Assembly: GCA_963751455.1 (NCBI GenBank) | Contig: CAVVUN010000003.1 | Coordinates: forward strand, 160,001 to 224,000 | Length of the DNA: 64,000 nt | Direction of reading: 5' to 3' | Source: Nitrospirota bacterium | GTDB taxonomy: Bacteria; Nitrospirota; UBA9217 | In this document: positions 60,639-64,000 of the stretch, piece by piece | Position numbering within the stretch: the stretch's first letter is position 1 | Layout of the letters: each line of letters begins with the position of its first letter | Notes under the pieces: model-generated | Databases searched by the model: none | Seen by the model: the letters and a program-made list of their open reading frames with translations, nothing else | What the model was told of the DNA's origin: nothing | Made by a program: the position numbers and the translations under genes

Positions 60639-62126
60639 CTATTTCTTATGCAATCGATGAAGCGCCGGACCTTCCAAAACCTCGCCGTCCCTGCTGAAGC
60701 GGCTCCCGTGACAGGGACAGTCCCATGTTCCCTCCATCCGGTTCCAGTGAACAATGCATCCCAGGTGCGTGCATACCGCGGAATGCTCGATCAGCCGCCC
60801 CTGGTCGTCGCGGTACGCCGCAATTCTCTGGTCATTGCTCTTCAGGAGGCCGCCTTCATTCGGTTTGATGTCCTCTGCTTTTGAGATTCCCGCCTTTGTC
60901 AGGTAATCTTTGGCATATTGCGCCGCGACGTTCAGGTTCTCTTTGAGAAAATCAGAAGCCGACTTGGCCGGAGCGAACCGCCTGGCATTATAGAGGCCGG
61001 CCCATTGATTTTCGCGCCCCAGTATGTCGTCGGTAATGATCCTCGCGGCCAGGGAACCGTACGTCAGGCCGTCGGTTCCGAACCCGGTCGCGATATAAAG
61101 ATCGCCGGACGACGCTGCTTGGCCGATATACGGCAGTTGGTCCGCCGGACGGTAATGCTGAGCAGACCACCGGTATTCGATCTTGTCCACGGAAAAGCGG
61201 CGCTTCGCGTAGTCCTCCACGTTCATGAAATAGTCCACGCTGTCGTCATGCTGGCCGGTTTTGTGCTTTTCCCCGATGACAATCAGATATTTTGTCCCCT
61301 TCATATCGAACGAGCGGATCGAGACGCCCGGTTCTTCGATGCCCCAGAAAATCCCTTCCGGATATTGATTGTCCTTCAGGACGGCCGCGATGCCGTATTC
61401 ACGGTAAGGGCCAAGCTCCGTCTGCAGGATATTGAACCCCTTCGGAGTATGGGTCGCCATGATGATCTTTTCTGCAGCGACACTTCCGGCTGGAGTGGAT
61501 ACAATTATTTTGTCGATGTCTATCTCGACGACTCTCGAATCCTCGAAGATGCGGCACTCTTTTGAGGCGATGGCTTTTGCCAGCATGCGTACATACGTCA
61601 GCGGCTGGAATTGCGCCTGATTGTCGACGCTGATAGCGAGCTTCACCGGGAAGGAAAGCGGTGTTTCGTACACCATGGCGGCTTTCATGCCTGCTTCGGT
61701 CAGTGCGTTATATTCCCTGCTCATGTTTTTATCGTGTGAGGTGTCCGTGGAGAAGAGATAGAGGGGCCTTCGCGAGAAACTGCAGGGGATGCCGTATTCG
61801 GCGATAATCTGCTCTATGAAATCAACGGTTTCGCTGCGCGACCGTACCACTGCCTGGGCTGTCTTCCCGTCCCATCTGTCTTTAATGTTGCAGAGCAGGC
61901 TGTCCACGGTTCCATAGAGATTTCCCGTCGAATACCCGGTAGTACCATGCCCGGCTTTGTGCGCTTCCAGGACCACCACGCTCTTACCGGCCTGTTTAAG
62001 CAGCATGGCTGCTGTAATACCGGTTATTCCAGCGCCGATTATGACTACATCGGCCTCAATGTGGCCGCTGAGCGCCGGGAAGCCTGTTTTTTCGGAAGTT
62101 GCCTGCCAGATGGATGTCGTAAGCAT
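60639..62126 (-). CDS. FAD-dependent oxidoreductase with C-terminal Rieske domain (YhfW-like)
   Basis: GAGITG FAD motif; WSAQH...DQLPYIG; CTHLGC...WDCPCHGSRF; GGAG RBS before MLTTSIW. Confidence 0.92.
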   Translation of the reverse strand: MLTTSIWQATSEKTGFPALSGHIEADVVIIGAGITGITAAMLLKQAGKSVVVLEAHKAGHGTTGYSTGNLYGTVDSLLCNIKDRWDGKTAQAVVRSRSETVDFIEQIIAEYGIPCSFSRRPLYLFSTDTSHDKNMSREYNALTEAGMKAAMVYETPLSFPVKLAISVDNQAQFQPLTYVRMLAKAIASKECRIFEDSRVVEIDIDKIIVSTPAGSVAAEKIIMATHTPKGFNILQTELGPYREYGIAAVLKDNQYPEGIFWGIEEPGVSIRSFDMKGTKYLIVIGEKHKTGQHDDSVDYFMNVEDYAKRRFSVDKIEYRWSAQHYRPADQLPYIGQAASSGDLYIATGFGTDGLTYGSLAARIITDDILGRENQWAGLYNARRFAPAKSASDFLKENLNVAAQYAKDYLTKAGISKAEDIKPNEGGLLKSNDQRIAAYRDDQGRLIEHSAVCTHLGCIVHWNRMEGTWDCPCHGSRFSRDGEVLEGPALHRLHKK

Positions 62127-62412
62127 TCCTGCTCCTTTGGTCGCTGCATAAGGTAGTGTCTTATTAAAGAATAGCAAACGGCGGGATTTTTTCAGCGCCA
62201 AAAAGTTTCTTGAAAACCGGACCAAAATGCGGTACGCTTGAACATCTTTATCACATCCGAAGACGCAATGACAAATATTCAAGCTCAAGCACCCAAAGAC
62301 TGTTTCTCTGATCGAAGCTTTCAATTTGGATGTATTTGCGATTTACTGTTTGACAATTGAGATTTGCCGCTCTTCCAAACAAGGAGACTACCCGACAGTG
62401 CAGGATATTCCG

Positions 62413-64000
62413 ATGGAAGCGCCATTTTCCGCCCCCCGTGCCCCTCTCAATGAAAAGTCCCTCTCGATCGTCCCCCTGGGCGGTGTGGGTGAAATCGGAC
62501 TGAACATGACCGTCCTGGAATACGGCGGCGACATCATGGTCATAGACGCGGGCCTGATGTTTCCCGACGCCGAAATGCTCGGCGTCGACATAGTTATTCC
62601 CGATTTTTCCTATTTACTCGAAAACAGGGACCGTATCCGCGGAATCGTCATCACGCACGCGCATGAAGACCACATAGGCGCGCTGCCTTTTTTGCTTAAG
62701 GAGATCAACGTCCCGATCTACGGCACCCGCCTTACTCTCGGCTTCGTGAAAGAGAAGCTCAAGGAGCATGAGCTTGACGACCAGGCGCAGCTCATTGTCG
62801 TGAAACCACGCGATGTGGTCCAGCTCGGAAGCTTCAGGGTCGAGTTCATCCGCGTCACGCACAGCATCGTGGACGGCGTCGGCCTCGGCATTACCACGCC
62901 TGTCGGCCGGATCGTCCATACCGGTGACTTCAAAATCGACCCCACGCCCGTAGACGGCGAGGTCATGGACCTGCGGACGTTTTCGGAATACGGGGACAAG
63001 GGCACCCTCGTCCTCCTTTCCGACAGCACAAATGCCGGGCAGGGCGGGTATACGTTCTCGGAGAAAGAGGTGCGCCGCGGGCTTGAGCACATCTTCAGCC
63101 ATGCAAAGGGCAGGATCGTGGTCGCGACCTTCGCCTCGAACATCCACCGCGTACAGCAGATCATTGACGTGGCCGTGATGTACAACCGCAAAGTGATCCT
63201 GAACGGCAAAAGCATGATCGCGAACGCGCAGATCGCGCTCGACCTGGGCTACCTCAAGATGCCGTCCGACACCTGGCTGAAGATCGACGCGCTCAAGACC
63301 CTGCCGGACGACCAGATGGTCATGATCACCACCGGGAGCCAGGGTGAGCCCATGAGCGCCCTTTCCCGCATGGCCGCGAACGAGCACAAGCACTTCCAGA
63401 TCAAAAAAGGCGACACCATCGTTCTCTCGTCCAAGATGATCCCGGGAAACGAGCGCGGCATAACGCGCATCATCAACCATCTGTTCAAGCGCGGTGCGGA
63501 GGTCTTCTACGAAAAGGTGTCGGAAATCCACGTCTCCGGCCATGCGTCCAAGGAAGAGCTCAAGCTGATGCTCAGCCTGATCAAGCCGAAATATTTCATA
63601 CCGGTGCACGGCGAGTATCGCCACCTGGTCTACCACGCCCAGCTTGCCACGAAGGTGAATATCCCCGAGGAGAACATCTTCATTATCGAGGACGGCGTGG
63701 TGATGGAGTTTACGGAGAACAGCGCGCGCAGGGCAGGCGTCGTGACCGCGGGCAGGGTCTACATCGACGGCAAAACCGCGGGCTCCACGGCCGACGCCGG
63801 CGTGGACACGGTTGTGCTCCGGGACAGGATGAAACTCGCGCACGACGGTGTGGTGATCGTGATCCTCGGGATCGAAAAAATTACCGGCAAGGTGGTCTCC
63901 GGGCCTGACATCGTGTCGCGCGGGTTCGTGTTCGAGGACGCGTCGCAGGAGCTCCTGGCCGAGGTGAAAGACGTTGTCATGGACACCCTCACGCTCATGA
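62413..64000 (+). CDS. rnj: Ribonuclease J (runs off window end)
   Basis: Manual translation PLGGVGEIGLNM, DAGLMFP, THAHEDHIGA, HTGDFKID, TGSQGEP, HVSGH, PVHGEYRH. Confidence 0.95.
   Translation, partial: MEAPFSAPRAPLNEKSLSIVPLGGVGEIGLNMTVLEYGGDIMVIDAGLMFPDAEMLGVDIVIPDFSYLLENRDRIRGIVITHAHEDHIGALPFLLKEINVPIYGTRLTLGFVKEKLKEHELDDQAQLIVVKPRDVVQLGSFRVEFIRVTHSIVDGVGLGITTPVGRIVHTGDFKIDPTPVDGEVMDLRTFSEYGDKGTLVLLSDSTNAGQGGYTFSEKEVRRGLEHIFSHAKGRIVVATFASNIHRVQQIIDVAVMYNRKVILNGKSMIANAQIALDLGYLKMPSDTWLKIDALKTLPDDQMVMITTGSQGEPMSALSRMAANEHKHFQIKKGDTIVLSSKMIPGNERGITRIINHLFKRGAEVFYEKVSEIHVSGHASKEELKLMLSLIKPKYFIPVHGEYRHLVYHAQLATKVNIPEENIFIIEDGVVMEFTENSARRAGVVTAGRVYIDGKTAGSTADAGVDTVVLRDRMKLAHDGVVIVILGIEKITGKVVSGPDIVSRGFVFEDASQELLAEVKDVVMDTLTLM

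Overview
GC-rich bacterial chromosome segment; gene content suggests Nitrospirota or a deltaproteobacterial-grade lineage (inference only). Single-base frameshifts in conserved genes (cheA, valS, cheW, relE) point to an error-prone long-read assembly, so many 'pseudogenes' may be artefacts. 1-14.4 kb: type IV pilus-class chemosensory cluster (CheW, PilJ-like MCP, CheA-REC hybrid, two CheW), RomR-like regulator, valS-nadC-birA-coaX, a response regulator and galT. About 14.5-39.9 kb: accessory region split by an aconitase gene. It holds three full-length and two remnant copies of a regulator fusing a MalT-like STAND NTPase/TPR N-terminus to a SARP-type (wHTH+BTAD) C-terminus. The copies are interleaved with surface cargo (Delta-60, NHL and 120-bp-repeat beta-propeller lipoproteins, a vWA lipoprotein, two outer-membrane barrels) and two copies of a small conserved ORF; several cargo promoters show 11-bp-phased direct repeats. 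This regulator/small-protein/variable-lipoprotein arrangement is the best candidate for an undescribed system. 40-64 kb: Usp, PAS/GAF kinase plus NarL-family regulator with candidate operators, ilvE, tRNA-Leu(GAG), SH3-NlpC/P60-DUF1460 hydrolase, YifB/ComM, a RelE-type TA pair, sugar ABC transporter, ferritin-like protein, GT4 plus glucosidase, FAD/Rieske oxidoreductase and partial RNase J. Intergenic spaces carry several families of small palindromic or MITE-like elements.
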